A DNA stretch of 64,000 nt from Felis catus (taxonomy: Eukaryota), in the NCBI RefSeq assembly GCF_018350175.1, contig NC_058383.1, forward strand, positions 29,080,001 through 29,144,000. Direction: 5' to 3'. Shown here piece after piece: positions 1 through 12,632 of the stretch (the stretch's first letter is position 1; every line of letters begins with the position of its first letter). Under the pieces are notes generated by a model, which ran no database searches, had not been told where the DNA came from, and was given only the letters and a program-made list of their open reading frames with translations. The position numbers and the translations under genes were made by a program.

Positions 1-131
1 AACAGCACACCTGTATCCCGTGGATAAATGCCTAGTAGTGCAATTGATGGGTCATAGGGTAGTTCTATGTTTAGTTTTTTGAGGAAGCTCCATACTGTTT
101 TCCAGAGTGGCTGCACCAGCTTGCATTCCCA
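1..131 (-). mobile_element. LINE-1 ORF2 3' fragment (cut by window edge)
   Basis: gggtagttctatgtttagttttttgaggaagctccatactgttttccagagtggctgcaccagcttgcattccca is antisense L1 ORF2 and is homologous to about 35405-35535 in this window. Confidence 0.85.
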
Positions 132-1215
132 AGGCTCGCTTTTTTTCATGTAACCTTTTTAGGTAGAAATCTGTACATGCAGATATACGTGTATGTGTAC
201 CAGGTTGTAATAAAACAATATCATTGCAGGTTTGGTCCCCAAGGTTTGAGCTCGCATGCTTTAGGAGACCGCCATGCATGCAGAGCACTATAGCTGGTGT
301 TAGTAGTGGGGGAGGAAGTGAGGGTAACGGACAAAGATCTTGATCCTCGGGTGCTTCCTGTCTCTAGACCAGTCTGGCGCCACAGGTTCGTGTGGACAGC
401 ACCTAGGAGGCACGTTCATTCCTTTACGTCACATCTCCAAGGGCCAGGAGGAGACCTTTATGCTTGTCACCAGGAAAGGGAGATTACGGTTAAACATCTG
501 ACCCTGTTGTCCATCCCCCTTGTTTGGGCCTCCCTGTGGAAGGAGGACGGATGTCATTATCTGATTATCTCACAGCCAAGGGCCTTTTTGGCCGGGAGGT
601 AGGGGTGCTGCATTGAAGAAGGCAGGCCTGGAAGCCAGCTGTTGGGGTCCCTTGTGGCAGCACAGACTAGGAAGCAGTGGGGAGTGTAGAGGCTCCTTGC
701 AGCCGTCCGGTCTCCTCACGGATGGGGTCTCCTGGGCTGGTTCTTTTTGGCGGTGGTAGCAGCTGTGTAGTAGGAGGCCCCGTTTACCTCAGGCCCAAGA
801 TCCATCTCCGGCACCACCTCCTGAGGAGTCCTCGACTTTGGGGAACACAGAAGCGAGGCTGAGTCACATCTTCCATCTTTCTCTCGACTTGTGAGGACCC
901 CTGAGACAGGGTGATGCTCCCCACCTGCCATCCAGCACCAGTGGGAGGTGTGGTCGGAAAGGGCCAGATTCTGACGGCCTGGGTGGCGGTGGCTGGCCCC
1001 GTCACATTTCAGTGTGGCATGTGAGCCACGGGAAAGGCTTTCTGCACACCCAGCAGGGTATGGGTGTGACCCTGGGGACATGGTGAGGAATCTCTTTCAC
1101 AGGGCATGACAGGTTCTGCAGTGTGGGAGGGCTGAGGGGCTGGCTGGGGCTCTAAAGTTTCCAGAAGTGGAATGACAACCAGTAGGGACCCCTGGTTCAA
1201 ATTGTGTCTGTTCAG

Positions 1216-1333
1216 GGGCGCCTGGGTGGCTCAGTTGAACGTCTGACTCTTTATTTCAGCCCAGGTCATGATCTCACGGTAGTGAGATCCAGCCCTGCAT
1301 CGGCCCGAGCTGGGTGTGGAGCCTGCTTAAGGG

Positions 1334-1380
<47 letters not shown>

Positions 1381-1443
1381 TCCCTCTCCCTCTCCCTCTC
1401 CCTCTCCCTCTCCCTCCCCCTCCCCCCAAACAAAAAAAATAAT
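1216..1443 (+). mobile_element. CanSINE with (CT)n/(CCCTCT)n tract
   Basis: ggggcgcctgggtggctcag head, tRNA-like A/B boxes, CT tract, A-rich tail. Confidence 0.92.
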
Positions 1444-1945
1444 TTTTTTTTTCTGTCCATGATTGGCCTCTTAGGGTGTTTACTTACCACTGACATGGTT
1501 CAGATTTTGTGAAAGCTTCATTTTCTAGTTTGCCTCCCCTCTGGGGCAATTACCAAACTGTTGAAGGGCTGTTTAACTCCACAGCCGACTTTGTGTCTTA
1601 GTTACGTTTCACCAACCAGAAGATGGTGCTGGCGTGCTGGCAAGCCAGTCCTCCGTTCCCTCTTGAAGGGAAACTTGTCAGCCGAATGCTTATTCATGCT
1701 AAGTAATGCAGACAGATTTAGCAGGCTGTGTGCGCCGTGTACCCCTCATGCAGTGTGTCGCCGGATAGGCAACAAGGAACATTCGAGGGATCAAACCTTC
1801 AGGACCTGGGGCTATAGAAAGCTGACACAGGGGCCCTGGTTTTAAGGTGCTCGCTCGGGGCCACCTTTGCACTTGGGGTAAAGTGACACTGTTAGAGTCA
1901 GAGTGAAAACATCCTTTAGGTGCTGTGTGCGTTTGTAAACTGACC

Positions 1946-2308
1946 CCCGTACTCACAGAGGACACGGGGAGACAGCAGAAAGAGGCAGACCGTCCCAAAT
2001 GGGTAGGCAGTAGGTTTAATAAGGGAACTTACGAGGCTTGTCACGGGCGCCGCAAGACAAATAGATCTCTGCTCCTGCCGGCCAGAATCTTCCAAGTTTA
2101 TGTAGAGGCCTTAATGGGGTTCAGTCACGTATACCGCCCAGATGGTTGCAACACCACCTTGTGGTCTCAAGGCTGTGTCCTTGGAACAGCTTCCACTGTG
2201 GGAACGGTAGGCGGGCAAGGACAGGGGAGGGGGTGAGGATCCTCCGAGGGCCCGGAGCCAGCCCGTGGGTCAGCTGGGGATCACGCCCTCACCATCATCT
2301 CCCGTAGC
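1946..2308 (-). mobile_element. Probable solo LTR of a carnivore ERV family
   Basis: Resembles a recalled carnivore LTR consensus (tttaataagggaactta...cagaatctt...gaggccttaa...ttcagtcac...ggacaggggagggggtgagga). Antisense ATTAAA at 2015-2020 and degenerate TATA at 2097-2105. Boundaries approximate; no TSD found. Confidence 0.55.
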
Positions 2309-4242
2309 ATGCATTTGATCTGCGTGCAGTCTTCCATGATTTGGTTTGAAGATTTCTGAATAGAGACAAGAACAGTTTCCATAGACGGAAAACATTTTTT
2401 CCTGTTCTCTTTTTGGAAAAGATCTGAGTACTTAGAGGAAGACTCATGAATTAACTTGTAAGAGATACTGTGCGCGGTTCAGGGCTTAATTAAACCCTGA
2501 ACTAGCGTTCAGCTTGAAATACCTGAGCCATCTCTCGATTTATTTTAACCTCTTGAAAGAAACCCAGATGGGATGATGGACTTGGGAGTAAAGTTGTGTG
2601 ATCTCGGGTGCCCGATTGCACCTCTCTGAGCCTGCAGCTGCGACCTGACGTTGGAAAGATCCACCGCTCAGGGCTGGGAAACATTGACGGAGATCATAAA
2701 GGTAATGTTCTCAACACAGTGCCTGGCACTGGCTGCTTGGTCAGTGTCCACTTCTTCCCCCCATGTCACCCCTTTCAGAAGGGACATCGGATTAATTCAG
2801 ACATTAAATAATATTCAAACACGAAAAATCAGAAATTCAGACATTAAAATAAGCTCTTGGCGTTTGCTCAGCTTGCAGGATGATGTGGCCTTCAGGTGAG
2901 GCCACGTTTGTTGCCGTAAGGGACTTCCAGTTAGAAGCTTCTCCTGCCTGTACCTTTTGAACAGAAGGCCCGAACTGTTGCCACAGTGGTTTTCAGTTGT
3001 CTTTCCTTTTCTCTTCCGTGGCTTCCGACAGCCGGACTGCCATTCTAATGAATCCCTTATCCTTGTAATGAGGGCTCTCCCTCCGAACCTTCTCCGTGGG
3101 TCCACCTGACAGTTCCCGGCTCAGCTGTCCGTGATGGAGGGTGGCTCTCCAGCAGATTCCTCCGAAACAGGAGGGTTCTGCAGACACAGAGAATTCTGTA
3201 AGATTGCTCTGAGGTCGGCCTATGGATTTATCCTCAGACTTGGTTTGGGTAGCTGGTCTGGGGACGGTCTCCAAAGTACAGTCAGTCCTCATTCTGCACA
3301 GATTCTGTGTTTGCGAGTTCACCTACTCGTTAAAATTTTTTTGCAACCTCAAAATCAGCACTCTCGGAGTTTCTGCGGTCACTCACTGACTTGCGCAGAG
3401 TGCTGAAAATTCTAGTCGCCCAACGCACGCGCTCCCCAGTGGAGGTTGAACAAGGAGACACTCTGCCTTCCCGTTGCAGCCGTCAGACTGTAAACGAGTG
3501 TCCTCGCACAGTCTGTTTAGCGCCACGTTTTCTACATCTTTGTGCTTTTTGCCGGTTGGTCTTGCTCTCTGAAATGCCCCCCTCCCCCCGGCACAGTGTG
3601 CAAATGCTGTCAAGTGTTCTTGGGCCCGAGAAGCCTGGGATGTGCCTTCTGGAGCACATATGGGTGTCAGACGCGCTTCGTCCAGGCACGAGTCGTCGTG
3701 CTGTTGTTAGCAAGTTCAGTATTAATGAACCAACAATGTATATCAAGTAAGGTGTCTTGGAACAGAAGCACGCATAAATCAGGAGTGCGTGTTGATTGGT
3801 TTACGGAGATGGGACTAAAGCCTTGAAGGAACCTAACCCTGGTTTTCTGTGGGAGCAGTGGGTCACAGACCGCCGTTTGTTCCCTTCTGCCTTCCTTTCT
3901 CCTCCAGGGGGTTTGGCCCAGAGCCCTTAGGGAAAAGGATTTCTGGGCCACCTGCTTTTTATTTGTTTTACAAGGGCAGGTACCTATTCATAAGAGCATC
4001 CTGGCCCTTACTTGACAGGAGCACTGGGTTGTCTCCGCGACGCAGTGTCGCAAGTTGAGTCGCATACTCACTGGCTGTGTCATAGAGGATTAGGTGGATG
4101 GAGACATAGGGTCTTTCTTTGGTGAGACGAGAATGTCGAGCCATATTCTCAGTTTATTACAACTTTGGTCACTTTTTAGAAATTGTAGTCCCTATAGCTA
4201 AAGGATCGAGATTAAATTTATTTGTGTATTGAACATCTGTGC

Positions 4243-4459
4243 TTTTATTTATTTATTTTGGTTTTATTTATTTATTTTGGGAGAGTGAGAGAGGGAGAGT
4301 GAAAGAAGGGCAGAGAGAGAAGGAGAGAGAATCCCAAGCAGGCTGCACGCTGTCAGCGCAGAGCCCGACGTGGGGTTCAAACTCATGAACCTGTGAGATC
4401 ATGACCTGAGCTGAAATCAAGAGTTGGAGGCTTAACCAACTGAGCCACCCCAGAGCCCC
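4243..4459 (-). mobile_element. CanSINE
   Basis: T-rich tail, GA tract, gagatcatgacctgagctgaa...actgagccacccc; flanked by acatctgt on both sides. Confidence 0.92.
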
Positions 4460-6817
4460 AGACATCTGTTCTGTGCTTTTTATTCTGTGCCTTGAATTTG
4501 ACTGTAGTCAAAGACGATACTGTCTTTTTCTCTCGATACCTTCTGTCTCCAGATCAGTCCTCCGATGGACTTCTACCTTAACTGTTTCCATCGTGGGGTG
4601 AGGTTTGACAGAAGCACGGCTACATGGTTTGCCTTGCCGGCCCTTTCATTTCAGGCTCATTTTAACTGGTGAGAAAATTTCAACCCTTGAGGGAAGAAAG
4701 GGCTGAGATGAGAGAAGAGTATAACCTAGTGGAGGACTCCGTTAGTTCTTTCAGCAGGTAGCTGGGAAAGGAACGAGTAGCAAATTTGGTTGAATTCACA
4801 GGAAGAACACCCAACGTCGCGCTCTGTGTTCTGCCTTCCCACCTCTGCACACGTGCCACACGGACCTCCCCCTGTGGAGCCACAGTGAAGGAAAGTGCCG
4901 TGTTCACTCTGTCAAGCGAATCAAATCCTTGGATTCACTGCGCAGCTCTGACCTGTCCTTTGGCCTGCCGGACCCCTTTCCAGGTGGGCGATAATGAGGA
5001 GAGGCAGCAGGGAATGTGGTGGACGTGCCCAGCTGGACCGTCCTGTGCCCCCGTGACTGCCCGGCTGGCCCGCCGCCACCTTCACTCATCCGCCCGGGAA
5101 CCTGTTCCACAGACACGGCCTCACTGACTTCCATGGGAGTGGGGTGTCTGCGCACCCTGCCTCCGTCTGGGAACGACGGGGTGCCCTGCCTTGCTGTCTT
5201 GGACGGGTTGCCCCTTTGGTGACCGCTGCATCGACGGGACCATTATCAGTATTAACTACTGACACTGACAAGCCTTGGCCAACTTCAAGCCAGGCTTCCT
5301 GCATTTTCCAGACACATCCCTATCTTTCAGATGGGAGGGCGTCATCTGTCTCATTTCTTGGCAGAGAGTGGCCTGTATCCATTGGTGCGTTTCCTTCCTC
5401 ATCTGTAGTTAAGAGTGGCATAGGAACCTAATCTGGTTGTTTTCCCCAGAGGTCTCCAAACTGAAATTCTGTGACAAGATTATCTGTAAGTATTCTGGAT
5501 CACGTCACACGGGCAGAAACGAGGAAATACTTCAAGACCCCCGTGTGTTGCTTTTTAAAAAACTTAGGAGTAGTAGTATTTGTTCTGGAAAATATCTAGC
5601 TTAGACTGTTTTAAAATCTGTCATCGTTTAAATCCTTTTTGTCCTTCCTCATGAAGTTAGACCTTTCTTCCTTGCTATTACATATACTGGGTCGGGCTGT
5701 ATTTGAAAGGATGTATGTAAGTACATATGTAAAATGCAACCGCAGTATCTAGTAGTAGAAAGATTTGGTGGATCTGAATGAGGAAAGATACACACCATAA
5801 CCATAGGCCAGGGTCTGAATGGCACCACCGATGACTATATTTTGTTGATGTTCACTCCTTGGAGAAATTTTTACAACCAGTCGATAATCAGTTTTAATAT
5901 TGCTTCAGAGACATTTTAAGGGAAAAATGTGTGCGAAATTACATAAAAGTGGAGAGAACGTGTTTTCAGGAAAGCATTTTAAGCAACTTTAAAGACTTTC
6001 CTCTAAATTTTCATTGGATTTCTCATTTGAATACAGGGAACTTTTCCCCTGCCATGCTTGCTAGCATTTGGAAAAGTGATTATGTCAGAGCTTGATCTTC
6101 GGCTTCTTATCTTGATAAATCGAATCCTCTTAACGCTGCCATCTAGCAGCCTCGGTGAGCAGCTGCCCCTAGGAGTAAAGATCTTTTTTCATAATTCATG
6201 TTTGGACAGGAAGGTGTACCTGGTAATGAATCTTGATTATCTCAACTGCCGGTGACGGACCGGCGTATGATAATATACTGGTTTGCCTTCAGGCCTCGGC
6301 TTTTCTTTGAGAGCTTACTGATAAGGAAAAACAAAACAAAAGAATCCATAGGTAGTTGTCCTGGGGAAACAACAGCTCCTGAAATGTTTTAGGCGTTTTA
6401 GACTGAGGAAGAAAGAGAATTTAAATAAAGCTCACAGGTTAGAACCAGCTACTTGATTCGTCTCTGGGCTCCCCTGAACGACTTAGTCCTTTGTTGTCTC
6501 CTTGATCCTTCATGGCTCCCAGGAGACACTGGGGTCAGGCAGGTTTTGTTTTCCTCATGTGGTTAGCTGCTCTGTCTTTGATATTGTGTCATAATCATTC
6601 CTTGTACTATATGAACGTATAGCCTTTCCTGTGGTCGTACAGGAAGTCTACGTATATACAATATTCGTGTTAAGTTAGCTGGAGGACAGACTGTTCTGTG
6701 CTCAGAGAAATGGGGCAGAAAGTGAGGATTGTTCCAGTTTGTACCCCAGTCCTCACCGCAGAGTTCCTGGCTCTATTCACATCATGTTACAGACTGTGGT
6801 TGAGACGGTCTTGGGTA

Positions 6818-6940
6818 GGGGCTCCTGGGTGGCTCAGTTGATTGAGCGTCTTGCTCTTGATTTCCGCTCAGGTCATGATCCCAGGGTTGTGGAATTGAGC
6901 CCCGAGTCGGGCTCTGCACTGAGCGGGGAGCCTGCTTAAG

Positions 6941-6978
<38 letters not shown>

Positions 6979-7318
6979 TCTCCCTCTCTCTCTCTCCCTC
7001 CCTCCCTCTCTCTCTCTCTCCCTCCCTCCCTCTCTCTCTCTCTCTCCCTCTTTCCCTCTCTCCCTCTCTCCCTCTGCCCTTCTCCTCCACTAGTGCCTCT
7101 AAAAAAAAGATAGTCTAGGGACATCTGGGTGGCTCAGTCAGTTACACATCCGACTCTTGATCTTAGCTCACGTCGTAATCTCACGGTTCATGGGATCGAG
7201 CCCTGAGTTAGGCTCTGTGCTGACAGTGTGGAGCCTGCTTGGGATTCTCTCTCTCCCTCTCTGCCTCTCTTCTGTGCACACTCTCTCTCTCAAGAATAAA
7301 TAAATGAAAAGAAAAAGA
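6818..7318 (+). mobile_element. Two tandem CanSINEs (about 6818-7109 and 7118-7318)
   Basis: Two gggtggctcag heads with CT tracts and A tails; the first has an expanded CT/CCCT tract. Confidence 0.9.
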
Positions 7319-7319
7319 C

Positions 7320-7860
7320 AGTCTGTGGTATTGGTTGAATCTTGCTTTATGACCAGGTTCATTTTTATACAAATTCCAAGCGTGTTTGGAAAGAAAGTAT
7401 AGTTTTCTAACTGTGAAGTGTAGGGTTCCATATGTCCGGCAGATCCAGCTTGTTAAATATGTAGTTTTAACGTCTTATTTATTTGCGAATTACTTTTGTT
7501 TGTTTGATCTATAAATCTATAATTGGGATTTTTTTTTTTTAACTCCTACAGTGCTTTTGACATGGTTGGTTTTCCCTCGTAATTCTGTCCATTTTTGCTT
7601 TGGATAGTTGAATGTTGTCCTTCTAATTAGTGATTTGTTGTCTCATGGTTTGGACCTGAACCCAATTTTGTCTGATACAACTTGTTGCTAGTAAGTTGTT
7701 GCTTTCTTAAGCTAGTATTTGCCACAGATGTCTTTGTACATCTTCTTACTTCCAGCCTTTCTTTGTGGCTCCAGGCGTGCGTATATGTCTTTGGTGAGTT
7801 GCATCTAGATGCAGATTTGCGTCTCTTCAGTCTGAGAATGTTTGTGTTTTATTTTAATTT
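7320..7860 (-). mobile_element. Ancient L1 fragment, continuing between the following SINEs to about 8660
   Basis: T-rich degenerate sequence with antisense L1-like motifs (ttttgtctgata, cagtctgagaatgtttgt, aaatggtgaa). Confidence 0.45.
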
Positions 7861-7875
7861 TTAACTTAAAAAAAA

Positions 7876-8347
7876 ATTTTTTTTTTTAATGTTTAATTTT
7901 GACAGAGAGAGAGAGAGACAGGTAGAGTATGAGCAGGTGAGGGGTAGAAAGAGGGACACACAGAATCCGAAGCAGGTTCCAGGCTCTGAGCTCTCCACAC
8001 AGATTCTGATGCGGGGCTCAAACCTACGAACTGTGAGATCATGACCTGAGCCAAAGTCGGACACCTAACCAACTGAGCCACCCAGGCACCCCCAACTTTA
8101 TTTTTTTTAATGTTTATTATTTTTGAGAGAGAGAGTGCGTGTGTGCGTGGAAGGGGCAGAGAGAAAGAGAGAGAGAGAGAGAGATGGAGGGAGGGAGGGA
8201 GGGAGGGGGAGGATCCCAAGCAGGCTCCCACTGTCGTGTCAGCTCTTCATTTGGAGACATTGGGCTCGAACCCACGAACTGTGAGCTCATGACCTAAGTT
8301 GAAACCAAGAGTCAGATACTCAACCGACGGAGCTGCCCAGGCGCCCC
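7876..8347 (-). mobile_element. Two tandem CanSINEs (about 7876-8092 and 8096-8347)
   Basis: Two antisense copies ending cccaggcacccc and cccaggcgcccc. Confidence 0.92.
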
Positions 8348-8381
8348 AAGAATGTTTGTCTTTTAAATGGTGAATCTGGTT

Positions 8382-8610
8382 GGGATGCCTGGGTGGCTTA
8401 GTCAGTTAAATATCTGACTTCGGCTCAGGTCATGATCTCACAGTTGGTGAGTTCGAGCCCCGCGTTGGGCTCGGCACTGACAGCCTGGAGCCTGCTTCAG
8501 GTTCTGGGTCTCCCTCTCTTTCTCTCTCTCTGGCCCCTCCCCAGCTTGTGCGCGCTCTCTCTCTCTCTCTCTCTCTCTCAGCAATAAATAAGTAAACTTA
8601 AAAAAATTTT
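8382..8610 (+). mobile_element. CanSINE
   Basis: Sense copy; degenerate TSD aaatggtgaa(tc/ct)tggt at about 8365 and 8611. Confidence 0.92.
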
Positions 8611-10004
8611 AAATGGTGAACTTGGTCAATTTATCTTTACTGTTTACCATGCTTGTTTCTTTTTTCGTCACACCCACTTGTGGAGGAGGCTCGAGGTGTG
8701 ATTTCTTCTCTCTTCCCAGCTGCAGCCTTCGTCAGGGACAGATTTGGTTGGCCCTTCTCCGGGCCTGTTGGCTGGTCTCTGTGAGAGGGCAGCTCTTCTG
8801 TGTGCCCGGCTTGATGCGGGGCCCTCGGGTCAGCTTCCCGCCCACACACGCCTGCACCCGGGTCTGGATCTGTGTGTGGCTGCTGGTGTTGGGGCCTCTA
8901 CCCAGTTCTGGTCCTCCTCTCAGGACCGCCCCTGCTGCTTCTCTTCTGAACTCCTGGCTTTATGTTCTCTTCTTGGTGACACCTAAGGGTTTCCTTTTCT
9001 TTCTTTTTAGCTCCGCTGGACGTTTGGAGGGGGGAGCGTGGTGCTAGTTTGCTTTCCCTGCCATTCCTGTGTGTTTCTGGTGGGAGGAAACGCTGCATCG
9101 TGTGTTAGCTCCCTCGGCCTCCTCGATGGCACCTCCCTCTCTTTGCTTCTTCACGTGATATAAGTGACGGCTGTGGCTGTGGGTCTTCCTGTGGTGGTGG
9201 GTCGGGCGTTTTTGCTTTTACCTGCTGAACTGCTTTTACCTTTGACGTCGCCCCCTGCTGATATTTAACAGAGATTCCGAGTGGAAAATAGCCGTATTTG
9301 TCTGTTGGCATGCACGGATGTTCAGTGGCTCCACGTGTTCATTTACTGATGCGTGACTCTGTCCAGATTTTACCACGCGTCAGATGTTTGCCCTGCTGGA
9401 GGATCAAGGGTGGCTGGGACCTGCGACCGTTGAATTTTTCGGCAACCCTGGTTTGCTTTCAGAAAACTGCTATAAAAGCTTGAGTTTGGGGATGTGTTGG
9501 CTCCATTTATTGCTTGAACTCCTAATGCCCACGAGAGTGAATGGTCCAGGGGAGCCAGATTGTGGCTTAAGCCAAAGATGTCTTAGCTGATGCCTAGGCC
9601 TCGTCTGGATTATTCTGGAAAAAAAAGATTAGAGGAACTTGGTCCGTTGCATGTCAAGTGCTCTGTTTTCCTTTAACATGTGAAAAAGAAAAGAGAATGC
9701 TTTGGTTTGCCAGAGTGTGTTGTTATAACAGCTCTTGGGAGAGCTGAAAAGCAGCGGAAGTGAAAATGCCGTTCTGACAAATCTTTTACCTTAGTTAATT
9801 AAGCTCTTTGGGGAAGTAGACTGGAAAACGGAAGGGTAACGCATTGCAGCATAATTACCATAGAGGCCAGTACGATGGAGAGTCTTGGGCCACAGGAAAT
9901 TCTTGTAGGCTCTTTGAGGGGCATGAGGAGGGGAGGGCAGAGACTCTCGTGGTCTGGTTGTCTGCTTGGGTGAACTGTTTTTTGTTGTTGTTATTGTTGT
10001 TGTT

Positions 10005-10213
10005 ATTTTAATGTTTATTTTTGAGAGACAGAGACAGAGACAGAGCGTTGAGTGGGGGAGGGCCAGAGAGAGAGGGAGACACAGAATCCGAAGCAGGCTC
10101 CAGGCTCTGAGCTGTCAGCCCAGAGCCCGACGTGGGGCTCAAACTCACAAACCACGAGATCATGATCTGAGCTGAAGTCAGACATGTAACCAACTGAGCC
10201 ACCCAGGCGCCCC
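10005..10213 (-). mobile_element. CanSINE (felid type)
   Basis: gagacacagaatccgaagcaggctccaggctctgagctgtcag diagnostic body; TSD-like ctgggtgaact/ttgggtgaact flanks. Confidence 0.93.
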
Positions 10214-10229
10214 TGGGTGAACTTTTTAT

Positions 10230-11720
10230 TGTAGATAACTTTTAAAGATAGCCAGAAAAGACAGAACAGTGTCATAATGAATCCTTCTAGGACTCACCCC
10301 TTCCCCCTTCCTCCCTACCATGGCCAATCCTGTTTGATCTCCACCAACCCTCACTCTCTCCCTTTTTGTCTTACTTTGAAGCATGTTCTAGATACCACAT
10401 CATATTCACTGGTAAAAAAAAAAAAAAAAATACTCCACTGTGTATGTCTTAAAGACAATTTTTTTTTTTTGCAACATAGCCACGATATTATTATTGCTCT
10501 TAACACATAAGTTCTTAATACCATCAAATATTCATTTACTGTTAAAATAAGTTCTTAATACCATCAAATATTCATTTGCTGTTAAAGTTTCCAATTATCT
10601 CACAAATATGACTTTTTCTTTTTCTGTTTGAGTCAAGATCCGTGTAAGGGCCACACATTGCCATTGTTGAAATGTCTCTTAGGTTTCTTAACCTGTAGGT
10701 CCCTCTCAGAGTCTCTTCCTCTCATTTATTGAGGAGACAGGGTCACTTGTCTGCAGTTTCCCCGCAGTCCTGATTTGACTGATCGTATCCCCTTGTGTTG
10801 TTCTACGTATTCTTCTGTCCTCCTCTTTAACCTAGATCCATTATTTCATTAGCAGTTGCTGTATGGCAGCTATTGTTATTCTCGCATTGCTTTTCCTGTA
10901 TTCGTTGGGCTACATCTACATAGAGAAACTCTCACTTCCCTCCTGTGTGGCTTGCAGTTGGGATAGGAAAAGCAGAATATATATTTGATTCTTTCCTTTT
11001 GTTTACTGCTTGTTGAAAAAGTGAGTTGCTTTACTAGAATTCTCCACTGGTGACCAGTCAGTTAGTTACTTTGTTTTACTGTCCTTATGAACTCATGGAC
11101 ATATGACATCTAAATATCTTCATTGTGATGCAGTCATTTACAGTTTGACACTTACTAGTGATCTAGTGCAAGTGAGAGGCTCTCTAGGTTGGCTGAGTCC
11201 TTTTGACTTGCCCTGTGATATGACAAGATGTTCCTAGGCTCATTTTGTACATTTTCTGCCCCCTGCCTGCAATCAGCACTTCTCCAAGAAGCTCTGGTTA
11301 CTTTTCATTAAAATACTGTTTCAAGACCACAATCTGAGTGTTAGAGTTAGCTAACCAGTACTCGGTTGGTTGTAGTTTCTGAGCCTTTAATAGACAGAGC
11401 TAAGAAAATTTATTTTCTCTTTGTTTCTCTCTCTTTCAGGTAAAAATACATCTTGAGTTCAAACTAGTATTCCTTATTCAGCATCAAGACTACAGTTTTT
11501 TTTATTTAACCTCTCTGTGTCCTACATATATATCTTCTTTATCTTATACGAAGAATCCTGGTTCTTAATAATACCAGGAATGGTAGAAATAGAATAGCAT
11601 ATAATTATTCATTTGCATTATCTGAAAATACATACCCAGCAGTCTCAGAATAACAAAACCAATGCATTCACCAACAGTATGACAATTGAGAATAGTTTAA
11701 TATTTTTTTGCATTCCTTTT
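10230..11720 (-). mobile_element. Old L1 (L1MC-like) 3' UTR fragment
   Basis: Shares motifs with 49730-52360, e.g. ataggaaaagcagaata and aatcagc..ttctccaag. Family assignment from recall. Confidence 0.55.
10507..10586. repeat. 40-bp tandem duplication (2 copies, 1 mismatch)
   Basis: ataagttcttaataccatcaaatattcattt(a/g)ctgttaaa repeated twice. Confidence 0.95.
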
Positions 11721-12029
11721 TAGCTTAGAGTATCTCCTTTGATGGAAGCCCGATCTGATAGCTGTTTTAAAGCTTCCTCAGTTCTGTCATTATTTTATAT
11801 TACATACGTATATGCACAAGTCTTTTATACAGATAGTCTTTCTCTATATGGTCTGTTTTATTTATTCTCTTCTCCTTTAATTAGTATGTTTTTTGGTTAT
11901 CTTCCTGTCTTTTTTTGTTTTTAGAGCAACCTCACATTTTTATTCTGAGGGCTGCATATTCTAATGCCACTAAATAATTCCTTAGCCACCCCCTTGTTTT
12001 ATCATCTGTTAGTACCCTTTCTGTGCATG

Positions 12030-12189
12030 ATGATTGTTAATATGCCTTCAGCTGAAGCAGATCACATGACAATTTTAGATTCAAGGGAGAAGTAAGTTTA
12101 CTCTTGATGAAAAGAGTAGGAAAGCCACATTGCAAAGGGTGTACCATAAAAATAAGGCAGAATTCTTGGGCATTTTATAATCTGCCACA
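12030..12189 (-). mobile_element. MaLR LTR (MLT1-like) fragment
   Basis: tcacatgac...agattcaaggg...ctcttgatg...cacattgcaaaggg...taatctgccaca resembles an MLT1 terminus. Confidence 0.55.
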
Positions 12190-12401
12190 ACTAACACTAT
12201 GTAATATTTTTATCTGGTCTACTTTTTGTCATTGTCTGTTGGTTTCCCATGGTGAGCAGTATTGAAATTTAGCCCGTAATCTTTCATTTTCCCTGCCTTC
12301 CCTCTCCCGGGTATCTGATTCGAAGAAATACCCTTTTACTCACCATTGTTAACTGTAGGGAGGGCACCCCTCTCTTTCTGCTTTTCTTGTATACCCTCCC
12401 T

Positions 12402-12632
12402 TGTTTTCTTTTTCTTTTTTATTTTTTTAACGTTTATTTATTTTTGGGACAGAGAGAGACAGAGCATGAACGGGGGAGGGGCAGAGAGAGAGAGGGAGAC
12501 ACAGAATCGGAAACAGGCTCCAGGCTCTGAGCCATCAGCCCAGAGCCTGACGCGGGGCTCGAACTTACGGACCTCGAGATCGTGACCTGGCTGAAGTCGG
12601 ACGCTCAACCGGCTGAGCCACCCAGGCGCCCC
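12402..12632 (-). mobile_element. Young CanSINE (SINEC_Fc-like)
   Basis: gggacagagagagacagagcatgaacggggga...cggaaacaggctcc...ccatcagcccagag; CpGs intact; TSD cttgttttctttt. Confidence 0.95.
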
